Notes: generated from the letters alone by a model not told the origin. Positions 27,201 through 38,498 are shown, numbered from the stretch's first letter. The stretch: 64,000 nucleotides of DNA from Balanoglossus misakiensis (GCA_040954595.2 CM082576.2:16105028-16169027); one strand, 5' to 3'. Program-made: numbers and translations.

Positions 27201-28049
27201 AAAAAGAATTGTGAAATGCTCAAGATTGGGGTAATTGAATAGTACATCGTGTATACATGTAGTGGCAAAGGACACGTGGAACAGAGAAGTAAAAATCACC
27301 TTGTTGAGTTAATAAATCGCTATGGACACCAAACCAAGAGACAAAAACTTACAATTGTAATCGTTTCTCAATACAGATTTGACAAACCCCAAGACAAACA
27401 AAAAGACAGCTGGCTTCTCTCCGCAAGAGAGAGATGGTTTCACCGAGCACCTGGAGGCTGGTTTTGTCGATAGTTATCGTCATCTGTATCCAGAGAAAAC
27501 CGGTGAATGGTCATTTTGGTCCTATATGATGAATGCTAGGGGCAAGAACATTGGTTGGTAAGTTCAATCATGTTGGCTTCATAGTGTAAGTCATGTTCTA
27601 AGGACAGTTGCCTGGTATCCATAACCCAGTGTGTTTTAGATAGACTCACACACAAGGGTCTGGCCACGCAGTCAACTATCTTCCATTTTTAAGATCTGCA
27701 TGTCAATAGAACTCAAAATGCGATGTCACGGCAACGAGGTTACCACATGGTCTTGATTCTGACATCGTTCAATTAAAGTCAATCACCTTACGCGACACAC
27801 TACTTTGAGTTTTTCAGTGATTTTTGGTCAAACATTATATTTCTCCCAAAGTACTGCGATGTTTTGCAGGACTCTAGTTAGATGTGTTCATGGTGATTTT
27901 CTGAAAATTTATCTTTGATTTTATTTTTCAGGCGTTTGGATTACTTTGTGATTTCCAAGAGGCTGCTGGATAATTTATGCGACTCAACTATCAGAACGAA
28001 GGTGTATGGCAGTGATCATGCTCCTGTTGTGCTCTTGCTGCATATCTGA
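21266..28049 (+). CDS. APEX1: DNA-(apurinic/apyrimidinic site) endonuclease APE1 (~320 aa, 11 coding exons)
   Basis: Exons 21266-21286, 22029-22073, 22321-22368, 22773-22849, 23503-23560, 23861-24059, 24615-24686, 25007-25037, 25818-25930, 27377-27557, 27932-28049 (963 nt, in frame). Motifs [85 protein letters not shown]. Confidence 0.95.
21720..21923. mobile_element. MITE with ~40-bp TIRs, GG...CC termini and 8-bp TSD (Merlin-like), containing TTAGGG/CCCTAA-like repeats
   Basis: ggatctggttcacttagtggacacgactataccccatgg ... ccatggggtatagtcgtgtccactaagagaaccagatcc. TSD tatatgtt at 21712-21719 and 21924-21931. Confidence 0.8.
24716..24920. mobile_element. Partial copy of the TTAA/AGGGACA-ended (Kolobok-like) MITE family
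   Basis: Starts ttaaagggaca and shares caaccacacacac..ttccatccc..aaaactcgcc with 28166-28511 and ~41245-41440. Confidence 0.65.
25299..25392. mobile_element. ~90-bp TTAA-flanked piggyBac-like MITE (copy 2, opposite orientation)
   Basis: ttaactctttcacc ... ggtgaaagggttaa, with internal gaaaacaatgggcttggact. Confidence 0.65.
26090..26875. mobile_element. Outer non-autonomous DNA transposon (CAGTG..CACTG termini, 5-bp TSD) carrying a nested MITE
   Basis: TIR cagtgtttttg ... caaaaacactg, TATGT on both flanks, subterminal ggaaccccagtaac repeats. Confidence 0.65.
26161..26776. mobile_element. Inner pogo/Tigger-like MITE
   Basis: TIRs taccgtagtttgccgggtaagagccc ... gggttcttacccggacaactacggta, internal direct repeat gggggctttag(a)ccggatatggcctcga, GC-rich. 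Confidence 0.75.
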
Positions 28050-28165
28050 TCAGGACAAGTAGACACTCTGTTCTAGTTTACTTTAGTTCTCAGGCTTTTA
28101 AATTTTCAGTTTCTTGACACAGGGTTAAGTTTCTTTTCACAGGGTTTAACGTTCAAGCATATTAA

Positions 28166-28511
28166 AGGGACAAATTTTCTCTTTCACTGCCCTTTTTTGA
28201 TTTACGTTTGATACAAGACACCATTTTTTATTCTACATGTGAATATATAGTGAATCAACGTTCAACCACACACAACTTCCATCCCGCTTGTATGATATGA
28301 GAGTAAAAACTCGCCCAAGATAAATAAATGGTAGAGACCGATTATTCATTTGGCGAGTTTTTTTACTCTCATGTCTACAAGTGGGATGGAAGGTGTGTGT
28401 GGTTGAACGTTGATTTACTATATATTTACGTGTAAAATAACACAAACGGTGTCTTGTATCAAACATACTTAATTAATGGAAAAAGGGCAGTGAGAGATTG
28501 ACTTTGTCCCT
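28166..28511. mobile_element. Palindromic TTAA-flanked (Kolobok-like) MITE just after the APEX1 stop
   Basis: ttaa-agggacaaa ... tttgtccct-ttaa. The arms are inverted copies of each other (gtttgatacaagacacc / ggtgtcttgtatcaaac). Confidence 0.8.
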
Positions 28512-28957
28512 TTAAAGTTGTCCGAACAGAGTTTTGTGTTATCAGAATATTGAAAACCTTTCAAACAGAAGGTAGTGTTGTCATGACAGTGTAGTAAACT
28601 GTAACAGTAGAACGTAGTGCTTTTTGGCCCCCATTTGGTACATGTGTCTACCCCAGGAGCTTATGGGTATGGTCGTTGTCTGTCTTCTAGATATGTTTGT
28701 GACAAGTAGAGTCAAACAGCTGTTTCTATAGTTCGTTCTCCAGCTTTGAAAATTTCAGTTTCTTTTTTACAGGGTGTACCATTTTGGTGTAAGTTATCCA
28801 AACCAAGTGTTGTGTTGTCAGAATTTGTGAAAATCTTTTCAACAAAAGGCAGTTTTGTCATGACATGTCGAAAACTTTACCAGTGGATCACAAAATCTGG
28901 TAGGAGAAAAAACTCAAGTCATTGACACACTAGCAAATGTCCTTGATTTCACACTTA

Positions 28958-29345
28958 GGTTTTGTATTTTCAGGATATTTTTGGAAAAATTGTGTTCATG
29001 AAAAAGTATCATAATCATGACTTTGTTGAAAAAATTACTGGTTGATCGTAAAACCTTGCAAAGTTTGGTAGGAAGAAAAATCAAACTCTGATATTATACC
29101 TGCATTTCATCTACTATCATGTTTTGTATTTTCAGACATTAAAACTTTTATATGTTCAGGATTTTTTGAAAATAAAAATGTTTGCACTGATGAAAAAGTA
29201 TGATAATCATGATATTGTAGAAAAAATTACCAGTTGGTCGTACAATCATGCAAAGTTCTGTAGGAAGAAAAATCAAACTTTGATATTATACCTGCATTTC
29301 ATCCAAGTTTTTGTATTCTCAGATTTAAACAGTTTTGTATTTTCA
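28958..29345. repeat. Degenerate tandem duplication of ~180 bp
   Basis: ttttgtattttcag, atgaaaaagtat..ataatcatga and gtaggaagaaaaatcaaact..gatattatacctgcatttcatc each occur twice. Confidence 0.75.
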
Positions 29346-30519
29346 GACTTTTAAAGTTTTGTACTTTCTGATTAAAAAAAATAAACATGGTTAAAACAGT
29401 TGGTAGTGTTATCTTGATATTGAAGAAAAATGTACCAGAGTATCACTATTTCTTGAGCATATTCTAAGCCAACTTCTTGTTTTCACAACCTCTTCCTTTG
29501 TCTACTTTCTTTCTTTGAAACTGTCCTAACCAGTTAACTCTTCACACTCTTTGTTTAAAACATTCTTATGTGCTAGTTTGTGGTTGTGTGAATGTATATT
29601 TTTATTCAAAAATAGAGTTACAAAATGCAGATAATTTCCCCAGAAATCCAACCTCGGATCTCACTTCAAGAGATCCCCTCTCACCCGTAACACAACATGC
29701 CATTTGCCCAGACAACAGAGCTTAGAGGGAAAAGTTGGTTAAGAACAAAACTCTCAGTTTCTATCATATTAGTATCTACGTTCCCTGGATAAATCGCTGT
29801 GGTTAGACAGCAAAACCAGAGCTGCAGAACCAAACTATCTGGAAGTGCACAGTTTTGTAAAAGTGGCCAAAAAACATTCAATCACGATGTTCTGGCCTTC
29901 TCGATAACCATATGACGTGAAAGCTGGAGATAGTTTATTAAGCTATGTGATCTAATGTTTTGACCACTTTACAATGTGACCAATAATTCGATTCTCTTCC
30001 AGATGAAATGAATTTGTGGAAGAAATTTCACACACATATTCTAGAAACATATCCTCATTGGATGGGACATATTTTAGCTAAATATTTTCAACTGAAAAGT
30101 AATTATCGGGCGAAAAGTTTCTGCCTACAGCGCCCTCATGTGGCCATCTGAAGTCATTTTGGTGGTCAACTGTATGTTTCGCAGAGTCAACTCTGGGATT
30201 TTTCTGGTGGAGTCCACAGGCTGTTTTCATTACATACTCCATTCCTACCTCTGAATCAGTAGTTTGAACTATCGCCAGGTTCCGCATCACATGCGTGCTA
30301 CCCCTTTTCTAAGTTAGGAGCAGTCAAAGTGTGAAACAAACCTCTTGCGACTGACCAGATGTTGGCAATCTTCTTCCTAAACTAGATCAGGTTGAAGATT
30401 TTGCTAGTTGTGCGCAACTAAATTAATACAGATATGTGGTAGTCATAAGATACAAAAGTGGTTCATTCTAAGAAAGTTGCCACTTTGGCTCTGTAAAAGG
30501 CCAGAGTTTCTGCCTGAGG

Positions 30520-30880
30520 GTAAATATTCCAGTCTTTGATAGTTGGGGGGAATAAATGATCCTTCCTGTAGTCTGTCTTCATCATGGGAACCTGATACGA
30601 TTCACAATGCATATGTCTTGCATAGCCCTATCTCTTAAAACATTTCAAAGATTTGTCTTTCTCTATGGCTACTAAACGTGCATCAATTTCAAAGAGCATA
30701 GTTTTGGCCCAGACTCTTTTCTCCGTTGCTAGGGTCTATGTTCTAAAGTTTTCCATTGTAGTTGGTTCAACATATGGAGTGTGTACATTAGATATTAAAG
30801 ACATGATACCAATCTGTCTGTATGTATGTATGGATCCCATGTGGGAGCATATTCCAACGTATGTCTTACAAGGGCTTTGT
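30520..30880 (-). pseudogene. Decayed 3' fragment of a CR1/L2-group LINE ORF2
   Basis: The minus strand gives KALVRHTLEYAPTWDP, MLNQLQWKTLEHR and a PPTIKDWN remnant, matching the post-RT 'YKxLVRPxLEYa..WdP / L.W..L..RR / FFPRTI.dWN' pattern, with frameshifts. Confidence 0.6.
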
Positions 30881-32688
30881 AGGCCTTTTCCTCCATGGAG
30901 TGGGAACTGACCTGAAGCTTAACTTCTACGAAGAAACCCAAGCCAATATCACACTCTGTCCTCAACCAAATTGATGTTCCAACCTAACTATAGAATGTAC
31001 AAAAAACTACCGTGTTGACCTTCTGAATTGGCAGTGGCACGACTGATGTTAATACGACAAGAAATGTAAAACAAAAACATACATGGCCAGCAAGTCCTGA
31101 TAAGTTCCTTCATTTGTTCAGTTGTCGTTGGTTGTTCAAATACTGTCCCCAGCTTGACTCGACCAGAGAGACTACCCCACGACCAAAAAGCCCCTTTTCT
31201 CACAAACGCGACGGTGAAATATATTGTATTTCCATCGGTAAAATTGTGGATATCTCATAGACATTCATAGAGATGAAGAGCTGGACCTTTCATTTTATTT
31301 CATAGATCGAAAAGTACTGGTACATTTATTTCACCTATAAGAGATTCTGTGGCGATATGATTAAAACTTTACGGCATCCACAATGTAAGGGTAGGACTAA
31401 ACGAATATATTAGGAACGCAACGTTATATCCGCAAAATATAGAGAAATACACTAATATCTCTACAAAATATAGCCAGTGACCGTGATCACTCTACAAAAT
31501 AAAGCAAAAGAAACGAATAGGCCTAACACCAGATCAATTACTCGACAAAATAAAACAAAGGACAGTAAAATCTGCGCGTAAAGACAGGGAAATGCATTGA
31601 AACCTCCACAAAATAAAACGAACGAAGGACACCGAAATCTCCACAAAATCAACCGAAAATACATCGAAATCTTCGTTTATGGATGGGTCATGTTATTCTT
31701 TGTAGTTCTTGCTCGTTATTTTAATCTATATTTCTGGAGCGTTGTTGGACTGCAATTTAGGCCTACTGCTCGTTACTGCTTTTGCAAACACCCCAACCCA
31801 GTGTTCGGCTGGGAGGAGAGTCCACTTATGCGAGAACCAGAGATTTTGTTATGAAACTTTAAGAGCCTCAACTGTTAGTGTTTGATAGCCTAGAAAGTAC
31901 ATAAAATAAAGCTCGCATGTTTGGGGCAAAGAGTGATGACCGCATCACGTTCCAGCTCCTGGGAATTGTGTTGTAAACGGACATTGCCTTAGACTTGCTC
32001 CAAGTCCGATGGGCTTCATTATTGGGATCGAGTTGCCCCATGGTGGTCAGTGGACGGTAACCGAAACCAGAAGCTCACCAGCCCTGAATTCGTTTCTCAG
32101 CTCAGTGCCAAAAACTCGCTCAAAGCAATCAAGCAATTGCAAACACACGAAAAATTTTGTGAATATACCTGAAAGTTTGCTCTATCATTCATTCACAAAC
32201 ATGCCAAATATTATGTTGACATTTTTGTACAAACATGTAATAAGCTACTCTCTTAAGCCACGTAAGCTTACTTTGCAATTGTGCGGTATGCTAGCAATGC
32301 ATGTGATATCACTACGGGTCTAGAAATCATCACGAGCAAGGTTTCATTGTTCAGTTTAAAGCCTTGATCACGTCCTCACTATCACGACAATTTATTATCG
32401 GTTTCACTGGTGACGTAATAAATTGGTTTTCAGACATCGTGCTGTTTGGTTTGCTGTTGGTATAATTGTTTTCCTTTAGATGCATGTTGCCGCCAAGTCA
32501 ATTAATATTTGCAAATAACATGGTAAATTTTAATACTCGGGGAAAAAAGTATACAAGCCGATTCTTAGTAAGTAAGAAATACATGTAAAGCTGTTTATTG
32601 GCGTCAGGCGGTCTTCTAAATTTCCATGCAGTAGACCTTAATTGTGTTAAACCATATGGTTAAACAGACCAAAGTTCGAGAAACTCTA

Positions 32689-32689
<1 letters not shown>

Positions 32690-32761
<72 letters not shown>

Positions 32762-32798
32762 CCATCATCACCATCATCATCATCATCATCATCATCAT
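32690..32798. repeat. (ATC)n microsatellite, 5' flank of the Tx1 element
   Basis: About 36 units with two ACC variants. Confidence 0.95.
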
Positions 32799-33006
32799 GG
32801 TGGTGGTGGCGGTACAGAAGCGCTCCTGACTTGGCGTTGCTTTTCTGGTGTTTGAGGTACCATCCCTCAAAAATCGTTCAACTACAGTATTGTGAGTACG
32901 GTACTGTTTCACTTTACTTGATTTTTACTGTCATATTTGTGCTGATTGGGGGGATTTTTGGTGGATTGTTTTCTTTGCCACCGAGTGGCAGCCCGGGGTC
33001 GGCAAT

Positions 33007-34572
33007 ATGGCTGCCCAGGCTGACAGTCCATTTCGGAGATTGACTAGGAAACATGCGATTAGGTGCACTAATGTTCAAGATCTCCCTGTGGAGAGTTATG
33101 TTGAGGAAATAGCTAAGGAGATTGGGAGCGAGAATATTATCGCTGCCTCACGCATGAATCGTTCTGTTGTGGTGTTCCTGGCTTCGCTTGAGCATGTAGA
33201 AAGCATTGTTGAATCCAGACTGTCGGTTAAAGGTGAAATGGTTGACGTTGAGCATATGGTGAAGCCAGCTTCGAAACTTATTCTTTCTAACGTCCCCCCT
33301 TTTATACCAAATGAATACTTAGAAGAAGAGTTGTGGAAATTGGGTAGAGTGGTCGGGAACATGAGACCTATTCCTCTAGGATGCAAAAATCCTGCGTTGA
33401 AACACGTAAAGTCGTTCAGACGGCAAATCCATGTTTTATTGCATAATGAAAATATTGATGGCCTCATCAATGTTAAATATGAAGATCGTCTTTACCCAAT
33501 ATATATTACGATAGACGAAATGAGATGTTTTCTTTGTGGGGCAAAAGGACATATCCGCAAATCTTGCCCTCTTACTCGTGAAGTTGTAAGCACATGGCAA
33601 GCTAGAACGAAAAACAGCGATAATGATATTACTGTAGGTGTGAACAATAGTGTTAATGATCTTGCACAAAAGAGAAATGATAATGAGATGCAGACTGAGG
33701 TAAACAGCGATAATGAGATTACTGTAGGTGTGAACAAAAGTGTTAACGATCTTGCACAAAAGAGAAATGATAATGAGATGCAGACAGAAGGTGTCAATGA
33801 TGTCATCATGCCTGAAAAAATCAATAACAACAGCTCTGAGAGGGCAGATGATAAAACAATGAATAATACAAGTGTTAATATGGTTGAGGGTGCAGATGAT
33901 GTAATTGCAAAGGAAAAAACCAGTAGTAATGGAAGTACAAGTGGTGTTACTACGGAAGAGAAGACTAACAACGACACAGAAACAAGGCCTTTTAATGTAG
34001 GTGATATTGATGAAGACAGGGTACTACCCCCTTCTTCTCCTCCTTCCACTCCTTCTGTGTGGTCTTCTCTTTCCCTCCCCTCCTCTTCCGATCCCTCCTC
34101 CTCCCTCTCCCTTGATTTTCCCGAGACTCCTTTCTCTGGTGTGAATTTTCACAAATCCAGAAAGGAATCAGTCCCTCCTGATTCCCAGATTACAGTTTCA
34201 ACACCAATCAGTACGTCTAATAGTTTTGACATTCTTAGTCAGGGTTCAGAGTCGGATGCTGATTGCATCTCTGTGACTTCTGAACTTCCTGATAATATTT
34301 CTATGACCTCTGACACTTCTGACATTTCTGAACTTTCTGAACGTAGGGAGGTTCAAGCTACTAATCTCATTGCTTTTTTAGAGGAAATTAAGGGATCGAA
34401 GAATATGATAGAACAATGCTATGAGTACTGTTCAGATATAAGATTGCTGATTAAATCATTCAACAAGCTACGCAAAACCACTCTTGTTGATAACAAACAA
34501 AAAGTCAGGATACAGAGACTCATGGCAAAGCTGTTTACTCATGTTAGAACTAAAGGTAACACCCCTAAATAA
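33007..34572 (+). CDS. Tx1-like ORF1 nucleic-acid chaperone (521 aa)
   Basis: N-terminal LTRKHAI..IIAASRMNRSVVVFL..LILSNVPPFI..LKHVKSFRRQ (Tx1 ORF1 RRM-like) and a CCHC knuckle CFLCGAKGHIRKSC. Confidence 0.9.
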   Translation: MAAQADSPFRRLTRKHAIRCTNVQDLPVESYVEEIAKEIGSENIIAASRMNRSVVVFLASLEHVESIVESRLSVKGEMVDVEHMVKPASKLILSNVPPFIPNEYLEEELWKLGRVVGNMRPIPLGCKNPALKHVKSFRRQIHVLLHNENIDGLINVKYEDRLYPIYITIDEMRCFLCGAKGHIRKSCPLTREVVSTWQARTKNSDNDITVGVNNSVNDLAQKRNDNEMQTEVNSDNEITVGVNKSVNDLAQKRNDNEMQTEGVNDVIMPEKINNNSSERADDKTMNNTSVNMVEGADDVIAKEKTSSNGSTSGVTTEEKTNNDTETRPFNVGDIDEDRVLPPSSPPSTPSVWSSLSLPSSSDPSSSLSLDFPETPFSGVNFHKSRKESVPPDSQITVSTPISTSNSFDILSQGSESDADCISVTSELPDNISMTSDTSDISELSERREVQATNLIAFLEEIKGSKNMIEQCYEYCSDIRLLIKSFNKLRKTTLVDNKQKVRIQRLMAKLFTHVRTKGNTPK

Positions 34573-37500
34573 TGGTCTCAATGGATTTTTTACTTATAAT
34601 CTCTTGCCTGCTGATGATTAATATTTCCACTGCTACATGGAATATTAATGGTGGTCATGATTCGTTGAAAAGGTATGATGTCCTTTCGACTTTAAAATTA
34701 ATTAATCGGTCTGACTTTTACTTTCTTCAAGAAACCCATTCGACGCCAAACGATGAAGCGCAATGGCAAATAGTTTGGCGTGCACCAATTTATTTCTCCC
34801 ATGGTTCTAGTAACTCTGCTGGCGTTGCCATAATGCTTTCACAAAATAAGAAGGTCGATATTATTTCCTCTCAAAGTGTTGTTCATGGTCATTTACTACA
34901 TCTTCGCGTCAAAATTGACGATAATTATGTTAATCTCATTAATGTTTATGCTCCAAACAATGGAGGTGACCGTTTCAGCTTCTTTAAGAAACTTGAAAAG
35001 TTGTTAAGTGAGATCAGTGTTGATGATACCGTAATTATTGGTGGGGATTTTAACTGTACTCTTAAGCCTCAGTTGGACCGTACTTCCACAGTTGAACCAC
35101 ATCTCAAATCGTCGCGTCTTCTTGCTTCAATTATGCATAAATCTAAACTTTCTGACGCCTGGCGCTATTTCCACAACAATGCACGGAATTATACTTGGCA
35201 AAGAGGAGATAATAAATCTCGTATTGATACCTTCTATGTAAATAATTGGCTTACTTCAAAAATTACGTCTGCAGCCATTGATTCCTCTGTGAATGTTTCT
35301 GATCACTCGATTGTCTCAATTAATATCTCTGTCAAAAATTCTCGGAGTAAAAATCCAGTCTGGTGCCTCAATTCTAGTCTTCTTAATGAAGAAGACTATT
35401 GTAATCTTATTCGCCAATTCTGGGAAAAATGGCAAAAAGAGAAATTCAGATTTAAGTCTTTACAGAGTTGGTGGGATATTGGTAAACACAAAATCAAAGA
35501 ATTGAGTAAGCAATACAGTCATGAACGTACTAACAACTACAAACGTATGAAACAGGATATTGTTAATGAAATTGAACAAATTGAGCGTATTATTGATAAA
35601 CAGCCTAACCTGAATGCTAGGTATCAGCAACAAAAGGAGCTTCTTGATAATTTGATAAAAACTGAGACTCGAGGAGCTGCTATCCGCTCCAGACATCAGC
35701 TTCTTAATGAAGCAGACGCTAACACTCATTTCTTTTACTCACTTGAGAAACATAGAGGAGTGCGTAAAAATATCACTCAGCTTAGGCTTCACGATCAAAC
35801 CTTAACTGAAAACCAAGCTGAAATTCGCAATATGGTTCGTGATTTCTATCAGAAGCTTTATACACCAGACCCTACTTCTTACAATGATCAAGAAACTATT
35901 CTTAAGGATCTGCCACAACTTAACCCGGAAAATGTTGAGCTTTGTGATGACACAATTTCGTTCGAGGAGCTTACAAACGCTCTGAATTATGTTTCTACTA
36001 ATAAAACACCTGGTATTGATGGTCTCCCTGTTGAGTTTTATAAAACTTTCTGGCCTAGTCTCGGGAGAGACTTGCATGAAATGTTAAATGCCTCAATTAA
36101 AGAAGGTTTTCTTCCAACTTCATGTCGGAGAGCTGTAATATCGCTTATACCAAAGCCAGGTGACAACACACTACTAAAAAACTGGAGGCCTGTCAGCTTA
36201 CTCTGTTCTGATTATAAAATCTTTACGAAAGCCTTGTCCATTCGTCTCCGTGGTGTTTTACACAATGTTATTCATCTTGATCAAAGCTACACCATTCCAG
36301 GCAGACAGATTTTTGACAATATTCACCTGATTAGAGATTGTATTAACTACCATAATGAGTTTAATCTTCCCCTTGGTATTCTCTCTGTCGACCAAGAAAA
36401 AGCGTTTGATAGGGTTCACCATAATTATCTTCTCAGAGCACTCAAAGCTTTTGGTTTTGGTGAAACTTTTATTAAATACATTGATCTTTTGTATACTAAC
36501 ACTGAAAGTGTCATTCGTGTGAATAGCGCCCTGACTGGTCCAGTTCAATTTCAACGGGGTATAAGACAAGGTTGCTCTTTATCAGGACAACTTTATGCTA
36601 TTTGTATTGAACCTTTATTACATAAAATTAGATCTGAAACCAATATTTTGGGGATTACTATCCCCAAAAGCAATGATCGTAAGTGTAAACTTTCTGCATA
36701 TGCAGATGATATTAGCTTTTTGATCACTAAGAATTCTGACTTCAGTAAAATGCGCCAGTGGCTTTGTAGTTATGAAAACGCGAGCAATGCTCATATTAAT
36801 TATGGTAAATCTGAAGGTTTGTGGGTTGGAAGATGGCGAGGTAGAACTGACCACCCCTTGGGAATCAAATGGAACAGTAGAGGGCTTAAAATTCTTGGTA
36901 TCTACCTTGGGAATACGGATGAGTTCTTTCAACAAAATTGGGATGACTGTGTTCGCAAAATCAATAATAAGCTTTCTTGGTGGTCAAGGTTTGTAAAAGC
37001 TATGTCATATCGGGGGCGTGTAATTGTTATTAATCATCTGGCTGCTACTAAACTGTTTCATAGACTAGTTTGTTTATCTCCTCCCCCTGATATCATTTCT
37101 TATATTCAAAATACTTTTCTTGATTTCTTCTGGCAAGGCCGGCACTGGCTTCCAGCTCACTTACTTTATGCTCGCATTGAAAGTGGGGGTCAAAACCTCG
37201 TTTGTCTTCCTGTTCGGATCAATGCTTTCCGTTTGCAACGTTTGCAGAGGTTTCTCCATTCCTCCCTGGATCATCCTTCGTTTTCTTTCTTGGAATACTA
37301 TTTTAAAACAGTCCATGCTCTAGATTATGGCGCTCAACTTCTTGCAATTGAAATTCCTTCGATACCAGGAACTTTGCCTTTATTTTATCGTGATCTCCTC
37401 AAAACATGGAATTTGATTAAAAGACTTAGGAAAGATCATCCCACAGCTATTTGTGATATTCTTAACGAACCTCTTTTCTATAATGACCTGGTTCAACTTT

Positions 37501-38498
37501 CTGTTGGGCATGAAACTACCATAGTTCAAAATCTGGTTGATGCTGGCATTACCAAGGTCGCGGACCTAATTAATATTGACAGAAAGATGTGGCACACTGC
37601 AGATTATTTTAAAGACAAAGTTCAATTTCACTCTATGAGGATCTTCATCCGCACTCTTCAAACTATTCATAGCTCCTTACCAATTAATTGGATAAAGGAA
37701 ATTAGGAAATTTTTTAAGGGCATTTCAGACACTAGATCCAACGAGTACTCTTACTTGTTTGAGTTGGTATACTCGAAACCCGATGTCCTCCTCAACTGCC
37801 CATTATACAAAAGTGAAAAAGGTGAAATTTACAAATTTCTCATTAATGTTTCTATGTGTAATAATCTCCCCAATCGTCAGGATACAGTTTGGAGAGATGT
37901 TTTGTCCCTGCCAGACAGTATTAAACCTGATTTTAAATTGTGCTACACTAGACTTATTCCAAAATCACACGGTGACCTGCAGTGGCGCATACTGCATGGC
38001 GCATATGCTACCGGTACTTTTATGTTTAGTTGTAATTATGCCCCCACCCCAAACTGTGTTTTCTGTCAAACCAAAGACGACTTGCTCCATATTTTTCTCG
38101 AGTGTATTCGGTTAAATCCTCTTTTCAAGATCATTCGTACCTTGTGTCAACGCATCCTGGGTACTGTGTGCAAAATTCCTTATTGGTGGTTCATTTTAGG
38201 GCCAGTCTGTAACAAAGATGTTACAAAACATACCAGCCCCCTTTTAATGTTTCTTTTTGTTACTGCTAAACTCTCAATTCATATTACCCGTCACATAGCT
38301 CTTACTGAAGGAATCTCAAACCAAAGCTTTTCCCTTGTCGATCTCTTTAAAGTCCGTGTACGTTCTCGTTTAATCAATGAATTTACCTACTACAGAAACT
38401 GCTCAAAAACTGACGTCTTTATAAACATGTGGTGCATCAATAATGCCTTGGCTTCAGTTCATGAAGGAAACTTAAACATTGCTACAATTTTATCGTAA
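34572..38498 (+). CDS. Tx1-like ORF2: APE endonuclease + reverse transcriptase + C-terminal zinc finger (1308 aa)
   Basis: EN motifs WNING, LQETH, NVYAP, GGDFN, SRID, SDH. RT motifs PGIDG, WRPVSLL, DQEKAFD, GIRQGCSLSG, YADD, LGIYL. C-terminal CVFC..HIFLEC. No stops. Confidence 0.95.
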   Translation: MVSMDFLLIISCLLMINISTATWNINGGHDSLKRYDVLSTLKLINRSDFYFLQETHSTPNDEAQWQIVWRAPIYFSHGSSNSAGVAIMLSQNKKVDIISSQSVVHGHLLHLRVKIDDNYVNLINVYAPNNGGDRFSFFKKLEKLLSEISVDDTVIIGGDFNCTLKPQLDRTSTVEPHLKSSRLLASIMHKSKLSDAWRYFHNNARNYTWQRGDNKSRIDTFYVNNWLTSKITSAAIDSSVNVSDHSIVSINISVKNSRSKNPVWCLNSSLLNEEDYCNLIRQFWEKWQKEKFRFKSLQSWWDIGKHKIKELSKQYSHERTNNYKRMKQDIVNEIEQIERIIDKQPNLNARYQQQKELLDNLIKTETRGAAIRSRHQLLNEADANTHFFYSLEKHRGVRKNITQLRLHDQTLTENQAEIRNMVRDFYQKLYTPDPTSYNDQETILKDLPQLNPENVELCDDTISFEELTNALNYVSTNKTPGIDGLPVEFYKTFWPSLGRDLHEMLNASIKEGFLPTSCRRAVISLIPKPGDNTLLKNWRPVSLLCSDYKIFTKALSIRLRGVLHNVIHLDQSYTIPGRQIFDNIHLIRDCINYHNEFNLPLGILSVDQEKAFDRVHHNYLLRALKAFGFGETFIKYIDLLYTNTESVIRVNSALTGPVQFQRGIRQGCSLSGQLYAICIEPLLHKIRSETNILGITIPKSNDRKCKLSAYADDISFLITKNSDFSKMRQWLCSYENASNAHINYGKSEGLWVGRWRGRTDHPLGIKWNSRGLKILGIYLGNTDEFFQQNWDDCVRKINNKLSWWSRFVKAMSYRGRVIVINHLAATKLFHRLVCLSPPPDIISYIQNTFLDFFWQGRHWLPAHLLYARIESGGQNLVCLPVRINAFRLQRLQRFLHSSLDHPSFSFLEYYFKTVHALDYGAQLLAIEIPSIPGTLPLFYRDLLKTWNLIKRLRKDHPTAICDILNEPLFYNDLVQLSVGHETTIVQNLVDAGITKVADLINIDRKMWHTADYFKDKVQFHSMRIFIRTLQTIHSSLPINWIKEIRKFFKGISDTRSNEYSYLFELVYSKPDVLLNCPLYKSEKGEIYKFLINVSMCNNLPNRQDTVWRDVLSLPDSIKPDFKLCYTRLIPKSHGDLQWRILHGAYATGTFMFSCNYAPTPNCVFCQTKDDLLHIFLECIRLNPLFKIIRTLCQRILGTVCKIPYWWFILGPVCNKDVTKHTSPLLMFLFVTAKLSIHITRHIALTEGISNQSFSLVDLFKVRVRSRLINEFTYYRNCSKTDVFINMWCINNALASVHEGNLNIATILS

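Noticed and set aside
32616-32912. Poly-Met and poly-Ile ORFs (also 13112-13375)
   Set aside because: They are translations of (ATC)n tracts.
33096-36935. Antisense and alternative-frame ORFs inside the Tx1 element
   Set aside because: Shadow ORFs of long coding frames with no motifs.
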